A DNA stretch of 64,000 bases from the human T2T-CHM13v2.0 reference genome, Homo sapiens (GCF_009914755.1 NC_060940.1); one strand, 5' to 3'. Numbered from the stretch's first letter, positions 36,128 to 52,537 are shown. Program-made: numbers and translations. Notes: generated from the letters alone by a model not told the origin.

Positions 36128-37211
36128 CTAAGTGGAAAAAAAATTAAAGAAAACATGAAATGTTAAAAGTCAGTTACTTGAAAACATAAAATACGAAAAA
36201 GTAGATTCCTGTCATATAGCTATGATTTTAAAATTCCAAATTTCTTTTTTTTTTTTTTTGAGATGGAGTCTCGCTCTGTTGCCCAGGCTGGAGTGCAGTG
36301 GCGCAATCTCACGTCACTGCAAGCTCCACCTCCCAAGGGTTCATGCCATTCTCCTGCCTCAGCCTCCCGAGTAGCTGGGACTACAGGCGCCCACCTGCCA
36401 CCACGCCCGTCTAATTTTTTGTATTTGTAGTAGAGACGGGGTTTCACCGTGTTAGCTAGGATGGTCTCAATCTCCTGATGTCGTGATCCGCCCGCCTCGG
36501 CCTCCCAAAGTGCTGGGATTATAGGCATAAGCCACTGCACCTGGCTCTTTTTTTTTTTTTTTTTTTGAGACGGAGTCTCGCTCTGTCACCAGGCTACAGT
36601 ACAATGGTGTGTTCTAGGCTCACTGCCACCTCTGCCTCCCGGGTTCAAGCCATTCTCCTGCCTCAGCCTCCCAAGTAGCTAGGATTACAGGCGCGCACCA
36701 CCACGCCCAGCTAATTTTTGTATTTTTAGTAGAGACAGCGTTTCACTGTGTTGGCCAAGCTGGTCTTGAACTCCTGACCTCGTGATCAACCCGCCTCAGC
36801 CTCCCAAAGTGCTGGGATTATAACCGTGAGCCACCGTGCCTGGCCTACATTTCTTTAATTAAAAATAAAACCATAAGTTTTGTCAGGCTATAATAACCAC
36901 GAGAAGGGTATATATTGTCTCAATAAAGTGGACCTATCTGTGTGTCCTGGACACAGTAAATAACAAATGGTGATGTGCCTGAATGCCAGATGTGTGTAGG
37001 TTCAGTAAAACTCCATGTTCTTGCAACTTAGCTGTGGCTCAGAAAAAAACAAAATGAAAACTTTAGAATGTTCCAGTGACAGTGAAGTACCCTGTATCAG
37101 ATAACAATTATAAGCTCTGGGCCAGGCGTGGTGGCTCATGCCTGTAATTCCAGCACTTTGGAAGACCAAGGCAGGAAGATCACCTGAGGTCAGTAGTTTG
37201 AAACCAGCCTA

Positions 37212-37490
<279 letters not shown>

Positions 37491-37582
37491 TCACTTGAGG
37501 TCACGAGTTCAAGACCAGCCTGGCCAACATGGTGAAACCCCGCCTCTACCAAAACCTCGAAATAAATAAATTAATTAATTTA

Positions 37583-37816
<234 letters not shown>

Positions 37817-38374
37817 TCAAGTGATATGACGAACATGTCTCAAATCAGAGAAGGAAAAAGGAATGAAGTGGGAAGAGAAAGAAATCATGACTAAAATAAG
37901 AAGTCTCCAAATTTAATCGAAAAAAAATTCAATCTACAGATTCAAGAAGCTTGGTAAATCCCAAAAGCAGCCAAACGTAACACACACTGTGTGATTCCTT
38001 TCATATAAAGAATAGGCAAAATAAACCTATGGTGTAGAAACGAGAGAAGAGGTCATCTATTTGACTAGGAAGGTTTATTTAAGTGTATACATTTGTTAAA
38101 ACTCACTGAATTGTACACTTCTGGTCCATGCATTTCACTGTATGTAGATTTTACATCAAGTTAAAAAACTACCTTTAGCAGAATGTCTTAAAAGGGTATT
38201 CATTAGTTTAAGGATATTATCTAACATATCGATATTAATAGACTTTTTTTCTCTCTTTTTTTTAAAACGGAGTCTTGCTCTGTTGCCCAGGCTGGAGTAC
38301 AGTGATGGGATCTCGGCTCACTGCAACCTCCGCCTCCCAAGTTCCAGCAATTCTCCTGTCTCAGCCTCTGAGTA

Positions 38375-38398
38375 GCAATTACTTTTGCACCAACCTAA
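38375..38398. mobile_element. Half MADE1 / Hsmar1 mariner terminal inverted repeat
   Basis: gcaattacttttgcaccaacctaa followed by TA is the MADE1 terminus. Confidence 0.85.
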
Positions 38399-38780
38399 TA
38401 CTTGGGTCAAAAGCACTCTAATTGGCTGGGCACGGTGGCTCACACTTGTAATCTCAGCATTTTGGGAGGCCAAGGCGGGCGGATCACTCGAGGTCAGGAG
38501 TTCGAGAACAGCCTTGCCAACATGGGGAAACTCTGTCTCTACAATACAAAAATTAGCTGGGCGTGGTGGCACGTGCCTGAGACACAAGAATCGCTTTAAC
38601 CCAGGAGGCAGAGGTTACAGTGGGCCGAGATGGTGCCACTGCACTCCAGCCTGGGTGACAAAGCAAGACTGTCTCCAAAAAAAAAAAAGCACTCTAATTA
38701 ATCCAGGGTACAAACAAATCACTATTCAATGTAAACAAAATTCATGGCATGGATCATTCTAAGATCCTAAGAACACTCAC

Positions 38781-38844
38781 CTTGTTTGTTCAATTTTGTC
38801 CCAACTTCAGGGAGACTACAATAAACAACATCTCCCAACGCTTC
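38781..38844 (-). CDS. GCSH: GCSH exon 3 EALGDVVYCSLPEVGTKLNKQ(D)
   Basis: Acceptor tgttttatttag|GAA GCG, donor AAG|GTGAGT, 64 nt. Confidence 0.97.
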
Positions 38845-39199
38845 CTAAATAAAACAAGACAAAACCAAAAATCTCTAAGAAGTTATAACTAAACCCTCCA
38901 GTAAACAGAATAAGCCAAACACTGAATCCCCTATAATGAAGATTTAGTATATATTTTATACTGGAGGGGCTACATTCTTGAGTTTTCCTTAAAATCCTTT
39001 AAACATGTAAAAACTACTCTCAGTCAGGTGTGGTAGTTCACGCCTGTAATCCCAGCACTTTGAAAGGCCCAAAGTGGGTGTTATCACATGAGGTCAGAAG
39101 TTCGAGACCAGCCTGGTTGACATGGTGAAACCCAGTCTCTAATAAAAATACAAAAATTAGCTGGGTGTGGTGGCAGGCACTTGCAATCCCAGCTACTCA

Positions 39200-39337
<138 letters not shown>

Positions 39338-39542
39338 TCATGCCTGTAATCCCAGCTCTTAGGGAGGCAGAGGTGGGAGGATAGCTTGAGCCCAGGAGTT
39401 TGAGACCTGCCTTGGCAATATAGCAAGACCCTGTTCTCCAAAACTAAGTAAAATAAAATGATTTTAAAAAACTATTCTCAACTCAGGAGCTGCAAGAGAC
39501 CAGCCGCCAGCCAGATCTGGCTCACAGGCTTTAGCAACCTAA

Positions 39543-39932
<390 letters not shown>

Positions 39933-40291
39933 TAGTTTTATGTACACCATTGCCCCCAAAGCATTTGCTGAAATCCTGCTCACTGATTCTACAAATCATA
40001 GTCCTCACACCTTGTACTCCCTGAAGTCCCTGACTCCAGAAAGAAGTGGTCTCTCCATCAGGTAAGTGAATTACAACCCCACCGTTCCGATGCCATCATG
40101 TAATGTTTGCAAGTCATTCTCATGTAGGTAATTCCCCTCACAAATAAACTCTAGGAGGTAAGGACGACATCTTACACAACATCTCAAAAACTATCCAACA
40201 CTGGGCCTCATAGTAGGTATACAGAGATGCCAAGGAAGATATAATTGTGATTATCAACACACAAGCATCTTACATGTCTGAGGAATTTTGT

Positions 40292-40832
40292 ACAGTCACG
40301 TGCCGCCTAATGGCATTTTGGTCAACAACAGACCACATATATGACAGTGGTCCCATGAAATTATAATATAGTTAGTATCACTTGTCCAAAATGCTTGGGA
40401 GCAGAAGTGTTTTGGATTTCAGATTTTGGAATACTTGCATTATACTTAATACATGAGCACTCCTCATCCAAGATTCTGGAATCCAAAACGCTCCAATGAG
40501 CATTTTCTTTAAGAGTCACGTTGGTGCTCAAAAAGTTTCAGATTTTTGGAGTATTTCAGGGATTAGAGATGCTCAACCTATGCCATATTTTTACTGTACC
40601 TTTTCTGTGTTTTGATAGGCCAAGTGTGTTACGATTGCCTACAGTATTCAGTACAGTAACATGCTGTACAGGTTTGTAGCCCAGGAGCAAAGGCTGTACC
40701 ATACAGCCAAGGTGTGTAATAGGCTGTACCGTCTAGGTGTGTGTAAGGGCACCCTAGGAGGCTCACAGAAGGACGCAATCCCCGAGGAGGCAGTTATCAG
40801 AACATAGCTCCATCATTAAGTGACACGAGTGC
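40292..40832. mobile_element. Tigger3-like element with a nested Tigger4/MER46-like element (~40370-40580)
   Basis: Terminus cagtcacgtgccgcctaatggcattttggtcaacaacagaccacat; inner tccaaaatgcttgggagcagaagtgttttggattt...gatgctcaacct. Confidence 0.7.
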
Positions 40833-41220
40833 ATTCCCATCAGTTAACATCCCCCCTTCCCCGCCTCACCCAATACATACATCCAGTTGAAAATCACTGA
40901 ACACGCTAGTATTTGGCTTCTCATTTTCTCTTAAACAGTATCGCCATATGGAATTGAGGGGAATTTACAGAGAAAAGATGGGCTGAATAAAAGCCTTCCC
41001 TTTGTGTCATCTGTGCCTATTGAGGTTTTCTTTCTTCCCGTCCTCCTGGTCACGTGTGTATCACTGGACCCACAAAATGGTGGCAACACCCTGCTCTTCT
41101 TTTTCCTCTTTCCTTAATTGCCCAGTACAAAACACACACATTTCCTTCTTGAATAGGACATGTTTCCTACTTTCAGTGTTAAGCTTGCAACATCTCTTAA
41201 AACACCACATAATGCCCTAA

Positions 41221-41394
<174 letters not shown>

Positions 41395-41456
41395 TGACGA
41401 GCTGGGATTACAGGTGTGCACCACCAAGACCAGCTAATTTTTGTATTTTGCAGTGA

Positions 41457-41573
<117 letters not shown>

Positions 41574-41576
41574 TAA

Positions 41577-41711
<135 letters not shown>

Positions 41712-41780
41712 TAAAAAGGTAGAGATAAAGCAAATCATGCAAGAGCACACTGGGACAAATATTTCAATATAATCCAATAC

Positions 41781-41860
41781 CTGTGCAAAATTGCTGATTC
41801 CCACTGTTCCAATGCCATTTTCTGTTGTTACCCATTCGTGTTTCTCTGTGAATTTACGCA
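41781..41860 (-). CDS. GCSH: GCSH exon 2 (V)[26 protein letters not shown]
   Basis: Acceptor cttctgttttag|TG CGT, donor CAG|GTATTG, 80 nt. Confidence 0.97.
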
Positions 41861-43630
41861 CTAAAACAGAAGACCAACATTTCAGAAAAGCAGTAGCATT
41901 ACTTCTTAAGAAGCACTTTTCATTACCATTGCTTTCAAAAGACTTTCCCAGAATTTCTGTTTGACCTGTTGACACTACCTTTAAATAGTGCATGGCTCAG
42001 GAAAGAATGAAGATCATGTATAGAGATGACGCATTTAAACAGCAGTACCATTTAAGCAAAGATGGCTTCATCTGAACACCTTGTGCATCTTTTGGAGATT
42101 GGATTATCTGCTTTAACATTACTTAGCCTAAATCACAAAAGAAAATTTTGGAGCATATTTCAAATGTATACTTAACTATTACTGGTCTGTCTTGCAGAAA
42201 AAAAAATCTGTGCCTCTGAAGACAAATTTGGGGTGATGAGGTTTAGGGAGGCAGCATAAAGATGGCTCATATAAGAAATGATTTAACCTAAAAAAAAAAA
42301 TAACAGTAATAATCAGGTGCCTCTTTAGGCAGAGTTGACCTAAGAGAGCTTCAGTGCAGCTTGGGTTACAAAGTAAAATTTTACAGGAATGAAACTGACC
42401 TCCTGGAACAACTATAATTTGACTAAGTTCTTAAAATTCTACTTTAATCAAATTCAAGCCTAACCTTGAAGATAGCACTACCATCGCTTAAAGAAGAAAA
42501 TTAAGATCACAACTCAACAGTCTTCTCAGAGCTAAGCCATGGGTTGGTGGAGAATCAAGCTCTGCTCACCACTCACTGGACAGGTTCAGCCCTCGACTTA
42601 CTGAGCACTTCTCTAAAGATACGGTCAAACGATTCAGGGAATCCTGAAAGAAGGACCGGCCAATGTTCAAGAGTAAAAAGAGTTATTTAGGATATAAAGT
42701 TAAAAGTACTTGCCTTAGAGAATAATATTTTTTAAAAAGCATATGCTATATTAAATACAGTTCATATTCTGACACCAAGTATTTTTCTAAAAACAATGCA
42801 ACGTAAGTTCATAGAAAAATGGTTAACTCAAATACTGTTTTAAAGAGGCCTCACTGGCTCATTTTACCCCTTACCCAAAGGATAGTAGTACTTAAAACAG
42901 CATTCAATTGCTTTGGTTACAGCTCTGATACGCAGCACAACGTAAGTAGAGTGTATAATTATTATTTTTATTTTTTATTTTTGTAGAGATGGGGGGGTCT
43001 ATGTTGTCCAGACTGGTCTCAAATTCCTGAGCTCATGATCCTCCCACCTCAACCTCTCACAGTGCTGGGATAATAGTGTGTGAGCCACCGTGCCTAGCCA
43101 AGTATATAATTCAATATTGCTTTCTTTTCCCCTTAATTATGAAACTTTCTAAAGTTCATACCCCTTCAGTGGAAGAAGTCAAAAAATGTGTCACTAAGAA
43201 ATTTATTTTGCTTCATTCCACTTCAAAGAACTGAATGTTTCAGGTCACTCTGACGTTCAGGTAAGAAAGTTTAAGATGTGTACACTGTGTTTTGACTGAA
43301 AGACTCTCCCTACCATCTTTACTAACTACTTCCGGTCTAGATTCAGAAGTCCGTTCCTGCCCAAAGGCTTGTCTAACCAAGTCTAGGTTCTTAGGCCAGC
43401 CAACATGCTCTTACGGCACCCTGTACCACTATCCCCCAGCACACACACGGTGCTGAACATACTAGAGATCATCTGTCAGTCTCCCCAGGAAGTAGGCTGT
43501 GTACCACCAAGAAACAGCAAGGTTTATCTTATTTTCATTTGTTTTCCCAATTTTAAATACAGTGCTTGCCACATAGCAAGCACTCAAAAGCTGAAGGAAT
43601 GAAATAATTTTTTTTTTCCTTAAATTATCA

Positions 43631-44294
<664 letters not shown>

Positions 44295-44694
44295 TCATCT
44301 CCAAAAAAAAAAAAAAAAAGTTGCAGAATGACGTGATTTTTTAAAGTTTATTAAGAGGATTCTGAGGAAAATAGATAGTATATAGTTATTTGTCTTTAAC
44401 ACTTAATTCTCTCACTCTGCTACAAATCGCCGGTTATATGCCAATTATGAGCAGTTTGAAGCTAAAACACCTTTTCAAAGTAAGCACTGGACAACTATAA
44501 ACACCACCTGAGACTACCTTCTTTGACCTTGCCATCTTGCCTACCTGTGAAGATAACTTTAGGAGTAAGGCTGCTGTGACCCTCATTTTAGCAACCGAGC
44601 AATTACTAATTGTAATTAGTACAATTCTCCTTAACAAGGAGCAGTTAGTGTCTCAAACATTTGGGTGTAAAGAAAATTGTTGGCCCCAAGTTTA

Positions 44695-44982
<288 letters not shown>

Positions 44983-45244
44983 TTATTTTACTAAGCATGC
45001 TGTTTAGGCTAAAGGCAATGATTAGTACAATTCTCCTTTAACCCCTGGCCCGACAGGAAGAAGTGGATAGATTAGGTAAATAATTACTTTCTTTTTTTGA
45101 GACAGAGTCTCACTCTGTCGCCCAAGCTGGAGTGTAGTGGTGCAATCTAGGCTCACTGCAACCTCTGCCTCCCGGGTTCAAGTGATTCGGCCTCATCCTC
45201 CCAAGGAGCTGGGATTACAAGCACGTGCCACCACGCCCGGCTAA

Positions 45245-45391
<147 letters not shown>

Positions 45392-46066
45392 TAACTGGGC
45401 CTTGAAAAAGGTGGTTTTTGGCCTCGGAAAATTAGGAGTTGTGAGCAATTTATGAAAATTTTGCATTTTCCTTTTTCAATGTCACTAGTCAGATAAAATA
45501 TTTTATATTAGTATTAGTCAATTTTTCTTCTCTTTTTTTTTTGAGATGGAGGTGTGCTCTTGTCGTCCAGCTACTCCACAGGCTGAGTCAGGAGAATTGT
45601 TTGAACCCGGGAGGCGAAGGTTGCAGTGAGCCAAGATCCTGCCACTGGATGCCAGCCTGGGCGACAGAGCGAGACTCCATCTCAAAAAAGAAGAAAAAAA
45701 AAAGGAACGAAAACCACAGACTTGAAACTAAATTCTTATCTGAGAAATGCTTTACCTTTGTATTCAAATTAGTGATGTATGGATCCCTATCAGAAACAGA
45801 GCGGACAGACTATTAGCAAGACAGCATAAGTAAATCTTTATGCTACAAATTTTGGAATAAATTTATCAACCACTCCAGCTCCAAACAGGTTTCTAAAACA
45901 ATGAGCTAATGAGACAAGAGCCATCACTGATCTCCGCAATCGAAGCAGAGGAGCAGTCAGTGTCTCAAACATTTGGGCATAAAGAAAATTGTTGGCCTGG
46001 CGCGGTGACGCACGACTGTAATCTCAGCACTTTGGGAGGCCGAGGCGGGTGGATCACTTGAGGTCA

Positions 46067-46369
<303 letters not shown>

Positions 46370-46540
46370 TTATTTCAAGTCCGTTTGAGTTAGGGCTCAT
46401 TTCAGCAAGCACACACATGAATGATCCAATACAAACTTTAGCAGAACTTCTGTTGAGTCCAGAAGACTTTATCTTACTTGTTTTGGGGAAATAGCTGAAT
46501 CTTCAAAGTTATGATTGTTTTATCTAGTAAAAAAATCTAG

Positions 46541-46750
<210 letters not shown>

Positions 46751-46959
46751 TAGCCAGGATAGTCTTGATCTCCTGACCTCGTGATCCGCCCTCCTCGGCC
46801 TCCCAAAGTGCTGGGATTACCGGCATGAGCCAACGCGCCCTGCCTGGTGCTTTAATTTTAATAAGCGCTTCTGTTTTAATTTTACTTCGGAGTTCTCAGT
46901 AACGGTCCATTTAGTAAACTAAAGGCCTCCCCATTTGGGGTCTCAACGATGCACGCAGA

Positions 46960-47850
46960 TGGGAGATAAACTTAAGGCCACCGAGACGCTTAAGCGACAC
47001 ATGCCTGGCTTCTGCAGCAAGCGGCCGACCTGCCCGCCGGACCCGCCGGGCCACCCCCGCCTCGGTGTCCCGCAGGCCTACCCTCCCGGCTGCATGCAAT
47101 CCCTAGGGCAAAGGCTACTCGCGGGTCCTCCCGCTACTTAAGGGGGAGAAGCGGCCGCAGAGCCAGGGATCCCAACAGAAATAAGAAGGGGGCAGGGTCC
47201 GCGCTCGCTCCGCCCCGGTGGCTCAGGAGCGGTGCCCCGGCGTCCTCCGTGTCCCGCTGGGCCCGGGACAAGCAGCCCAGGCGGGGAGGGAGCAGCCGCC
47301 CACGTGCCCGCCGCGCTTACCCGAGAGCAGAGCGGGTCCAGTGCGCAGCGTACGGACGGCGCCCACCCCCAGCTGCCAGGGCCTCGGCGGGCAGGGCGCG
47401 GCGGGTAACGGGACCGCGCGCAGGGTGCAGAGCAGGGCCCGCACGCTCCGCACCACTCGCAGCGCCATGTTCGCAGGGGTGCGGGGGTCGCAGCGCTACG
47501 CCTCGGCCACCCGCGCCGGGAGGCGGGGCGGGGAGGGGCAGTTCGCGGCCGGAGGGAGCCGGCTGGATGGAGGCGCGGAGGCGGTGCCGCGGGGGCGGGA
47601 CAGAGCCTGACTGGGCAGAGCGTGGAGGGCGGAGACTCCCAGGCGAGGGGGCGAGGCAGGGTCTGATTGGCCAGCACGCGGAGACTGGGGACTCCAGGGC
47701 CTGGCGCGACCTCGGATACGGCGACGCGAAAGAGGGGCGTGGACATGGGGAAGAACCTGAGGCCCGGAAGAGGCAGCACCGAGAGGCGGAGACTAGCGCG
47801 GCGGGCCTGGGTATGATTGGGCTGCCCGCAGGAGGGGGGCGGGGCCTAGC
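46960..47850 (-). promoter_or_regulatory. GCSH: GCSH CpG-island promoter: several GC boxes, CCAAT boxes (~47664-47669, ~47815-47820), E-box CACGTG at 47301-47306 in intron 1
   Basis: Very high GC and CpG content around exon 1. Motifs read directly. Confidence 0.9.
47321..47468 (-). CDS. GCSH: GCSH exon 1, mitochondrial transit peptide [49 protein letters not shown]
   Basis: aacATGG; Arg-rich, acid-free presequence; donor CGG|GTAAGC; 148 nt. Confidence 0.97.
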
Positions 47851-47919
47851 CCCAGACTGGGTTCCTTTCCACATGTGTATCTCTTTTACTGCCTCTGTCA
47901 TAAGTTTTCAAAGGTGGTT

Positions 47920-48350
47920 TCACCACCTCACGAAGGAATTCAAGAACAAGTCGGAAAGTCGTGAAAGTACAGAGGTTTACTGCAAAGTACACACTGAAGA
48001 AAGGGCGGACTCAAAAGAGGGCCACACAATGGGGCTTGGGGTTTCCATCTTTATGGGTTTCTTTGAGAAATGGAATATGCACAAAGGTTTCTGGAATAAG
48101 GTGGAGACTTGTCAGAACTGTGGTGCCACCCATTTTTACACCAAATATGGGTGTTCCCGGAATTGTTGTGGTGCCGGTGGGTGTGTGACTTAGTATGTTA
48201 ATGAGTCCTAGGTGAAGCCTAGGTCAAAGCCACACCACGTTGGGTCCAGTTGGTTTTAGCCAGGTTGACCCACACCCTGGTTTTTCAGGGTCTTAGCCCA
48301 TAGCTTGTGCAGCTATTTCAACAGTTTCCTTTTGTTAGACAGAACTGCAG
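47920..48350. mobile_element. Probable old ERV1-type LTR fragment, family not assigned
   Basis: LTR-like composition (gaattcaagaacaag..gaaagtacagaggtttactgcaaag..; cacccatttttacaccaaatatggg). Recognition from memory only. Confidence 0.4.
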
Positions 48351-48766
48351 CCTGGAAGTTTCTATTCTCCTTCAACTGCTCTGTAACGTTCCTGTCTCAA
48401 AGAGCCCCAGGGACCCCAAACAGGACCGGCAGAATCCAGAAGCTTACTTAAAAAGGAATAAAGACTTGTCCAAGGGTCATAAGTGGCTTCTTGGTGGAGA
48501 CTGGACCCAAGCCAGTCACTAATGCAGAAATATTCAAAACGCAGAGAGCTGAGACCCAGTGTGCACAATTCCTTGTTTCATCGGCCAGCGGTGTGACCAA
48601 GGCCTTCCGAGAAAAGCCGAAGTCATCATCCCAATCCAAGAAGTCAGAAAAAAATTAGGTTCTGGGAAAAACCTCACCTTTAACACAGATTTTATGGAGT
48701 GGCCATGAGTCAGCAAAGAAATACTGTTCTGAAAAACACCTTAAGCTACACACACACCTTTAGTAC

Positions 48767-49646
48767 TGTTACAGAAAGGGCTCCCAATCCAGACCCCAAG
48801 AGAGGGTTTTTGGACCTCATGCAAGAAAGAATTTGGGGAGAGTCTATAAAGTGAAAGCACGTTTAATAGAGAAGTAAAGAAAAAAAAGAATGGCTTCTTC
48901 GTAGACAGAGCAGCAGTATGGCTTCTCGACTAAGTGTACTTATAGTTATTTCTTGATTGTATGCTAAACAAGGGGTGGATCATTCAAGAGTTCTCCAGAA
49001 AAGGGGCAGGGATTTCCTAGAACTAACGGTTCCTCCGCTTTTTGGACTATAGGGTAACTTCTCTGGACGTTGCCATTGCATTTGTGAACTGTCATGACGC
49101 TGGTGGGAGTTGTTTTTTTTTTAACATGCTAATGCATTATAATTAGCGTATAATGAGCAGTGAGACCTACCAGAGGTCGCCATCTTGGTTTTGGTGAGTT
49201 TTGGCCAGCTCCTTTACCGCATCCTATTTTATCAGCAGGGACTTTGTGACCTGTATCTTGTGCCAACCCTAGCTCATCCTGTGACTAAGTGAGGCAGGTG
49301 AATCACTTGAGGTCAGGAGTTCGAGACCAACCTGGCCAACATGGAGAAACCCCCGTCTCTACTACAAATCCAAAGTTTAGCCAGGCATGGTGGCAGGTGC
49401 CTGTAATCCCAGCTACTCAGGAGGCTGAGGCACGAGAATCACTTGAGCCTGGGAGGCAGAGGTTGCAGTGAGTCGAGATCACGCCACTGCACTCCAGCCT
49501 GGGTGACAGAGCGAGACTCTGCTTCAGAAAAAAATACAAATAAAAAGAATGCCTAACCTCCTGGGAATGCAGCCCACCAAGTCTCAGCCTCATTTTACCC
49601 AGCCCATATTCAAAATGGAGTTGTTCTTGTTCAAACACCGGAAACA
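48767..49646 (-). mobile_element. Solo MER41 (B-like) ERV1 LTR, interrupted by a 5'-truncated Alu (~49290-49545)
   Basis: TG...CA termini and 4-bp TSD GTAC (48763-48766, 49647-49650). Antisense matches MER41 consensus blocks (gagcaactccat..gggtaaaat.aggctgag; caccaaaaccaagatggcgac; ctctcttggggtctggat..cctttc.gtaaca). Confidence 0.9.
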
Positions 49647-49987
49647 GTACCATAGGGTGCACACCATGGAGTGTGTGTGTGTTTGGGGAGCCCATACGTT
49701 GTTGCACTGAGCTTCTGCCCTGCTATGAACTTAGGGTTGCCACCACATCTGTGCAGTGGCTTGCAAGGGCCGTCATGCCCACTTTCTTTTGAGCAAATCA
49801 TTCCCATCTATTGAGCCTTTGCTATGTGCCTGGCACTATGCACACATCTTTTTAATCCTCTCCAAACCTCTTTCTGGCAGGTGTTACACTCATTTCATAG
49901 ATGAGGCTCAGAGGTGAAGGCACTTCCGAGGAGTGGGATCGGGGAGGCGTTTTTGTGGCTTAAGTAGCTCCTAGGTGGCAGTAGTAG

Positions 49988-50262
<275 letters not shown>

Positions 50263-51199
50263 TAATCCACCCACCTCGGCCTTCCAAAGTGCTGGGATTA
50301 CAGGCATGAACCACCGTGCCTGGCCAGCAATTGCTCTTAAGCTCTGCTCCGCTTGCTTTCGTTTGGGATGCTGACTGGATCACGCTGGTCTACCCTGCAC
50401 TACAGATCTTGGCTACCTTCTCTAATGTCAAGATTTTGTTTTCTATTGTTGTTTCATTACAAGACAGTGCAGCATCGTGCCACTTACACCCTAACATATT
50501 TATTCTCAGCTTCACTAACTCATGTGATGGGAAGAAAAAGATCACACATCAACATCAACATATGGGCTACAAAAAGGCCCTTCCACCAAAAAATATGACA
50601 TGTGTTTTTCTTTTGGTAAAAAGCATTGAAGACAGTCAAAATTTTTTTTCTTTTTCTACCTAGTAATCTTTGTAACCTCCTGGTTTGAGATTTTAAAGGT
50701 CATCTCGTTGCCCATTGAGTATAAGCTCTGGAAAATTCCAGGTGGTCATTTCTTCCAGGTGTTTTGAGAGGGGCCCATTCATCTCTTTGAGCTGATAGAC
50801 ATATTTTCCTCTTATAACAATACAGTAGACTGGGTGCGGTGGCTCATGCCTGTAATCCCAGCACTGTGGGAGGCCTAGGTAGGCAGATCACTTGAGGCCA
50901 GGAGTTCAAGACCAGCCTGGCCAACATGGTGAAACCCCGTCTCTACAAAAAAATACAAAAATTACCCAGGCATGCTCTTGTGTGCCTGTAGTCCCAGATA
51001 CTGGGAAGCCTGAGACACAAGAATCATTTGATCTTGGGAGGCAGAGGTTTCAGTGAGCTGAAATCATGCCACTGCATTCCAGCCTGGGCAACAGAGCAAG
51101 ACCCTGTCTCAAACAAACAAACAAACAAACAAAAAAACTTTTATAAACCAGTATTCCCCATATTTATTTGACCCAGAAACATTTTTGGAGGAATGACAC

Positions 51200-51958
<759 letters not shown>

Positions 51959-52090
51959 GCATCCATTAGCATCTCTCAGACAGTTTGAGAAGCCCTGAAC
52001 TAGAATCATTCAAAAGCAACCCCCAACGGACTAAAAAGACGAAATAATTAGTCTGTGCAGGAAATTTTCCAAACTCCATGTAATATTTGT

Positions 52091-52096
52091 TTTATT
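52091..52096 (-). terminator. PKD1L2: PKD1L2 poly(A) signal
   Basis: AATAAA on -, about 215 nt past the stop. Confidence 0.7.
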
Positions 52097-52312
52097 TATA
52101 ATAAGAGGAAATACATTTGAACAAAGAAGCTCTCATAGTATTGGCAATTTTACATATATCTCTGTTATTGTAATTTTTTTTACTTGCTGGGCTTGGTAAT
52201 TCTTCAATGGACATGAAAGCTATGACCTAGAGAGACTATAGAGTCGCTGGTAAGCGTACGCCCGAGGCCCTGGGCGTCCCCACTGGTAGATGGTGGCGTG
52301 TGGACGAACAGC

Positions 52313-52474
52313 TTAGTCCTTGGGCAAAGCTTGTGCTGGTCGAGAGTGGCGAGTCTGGGACAGAGACCCAGGCTGCTCCCTGCTGCTTCCAGGCTCCTCT
52401 CTCTTAGACTTAATGCCCAGGAAACTGAGTATTTTCATCAGCAGCAAATCTACGATCTCCCCTTCCTCCGACAG
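52313..52474 (-). CDS. PKD1L2: PKD1L2 last coding exon LSEEGEIVDLLLMKILSFLGIKSK...ALPKD*
   Basis: Acceptor ttctttctcttgcag|CTG TCG, phase 0, TAA at 52313. Confidence 0.9.
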   Translation of the reverse strand: MSEEGEIVDLLLMKILSFLGIKSKREEPGSSREQPGSLSQTRHSRPAQALPKD

Positions 52475-52537
52475 CTGCAAGAGAAAGAACCAGGCAATGC
52501 CCATAGAACCATCTTCTTTGGGGGCTTTTCTTTCTAA

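Noticed and set aside
38375-38398. miR-548-family hairpin
   Set aside because: Only one MADE1 arm is present, with no complementary arm nearby.
47249-48193. 314-aa + strand ORF, plus overlapping 213-aa and 194-aa ORFs, across the GCSH promoter
   Set aside because: Stop-poor GC-rich CpG island running into an LTR-like fragment. Low-complexity R/G/A/P composition and no recognisable domain.
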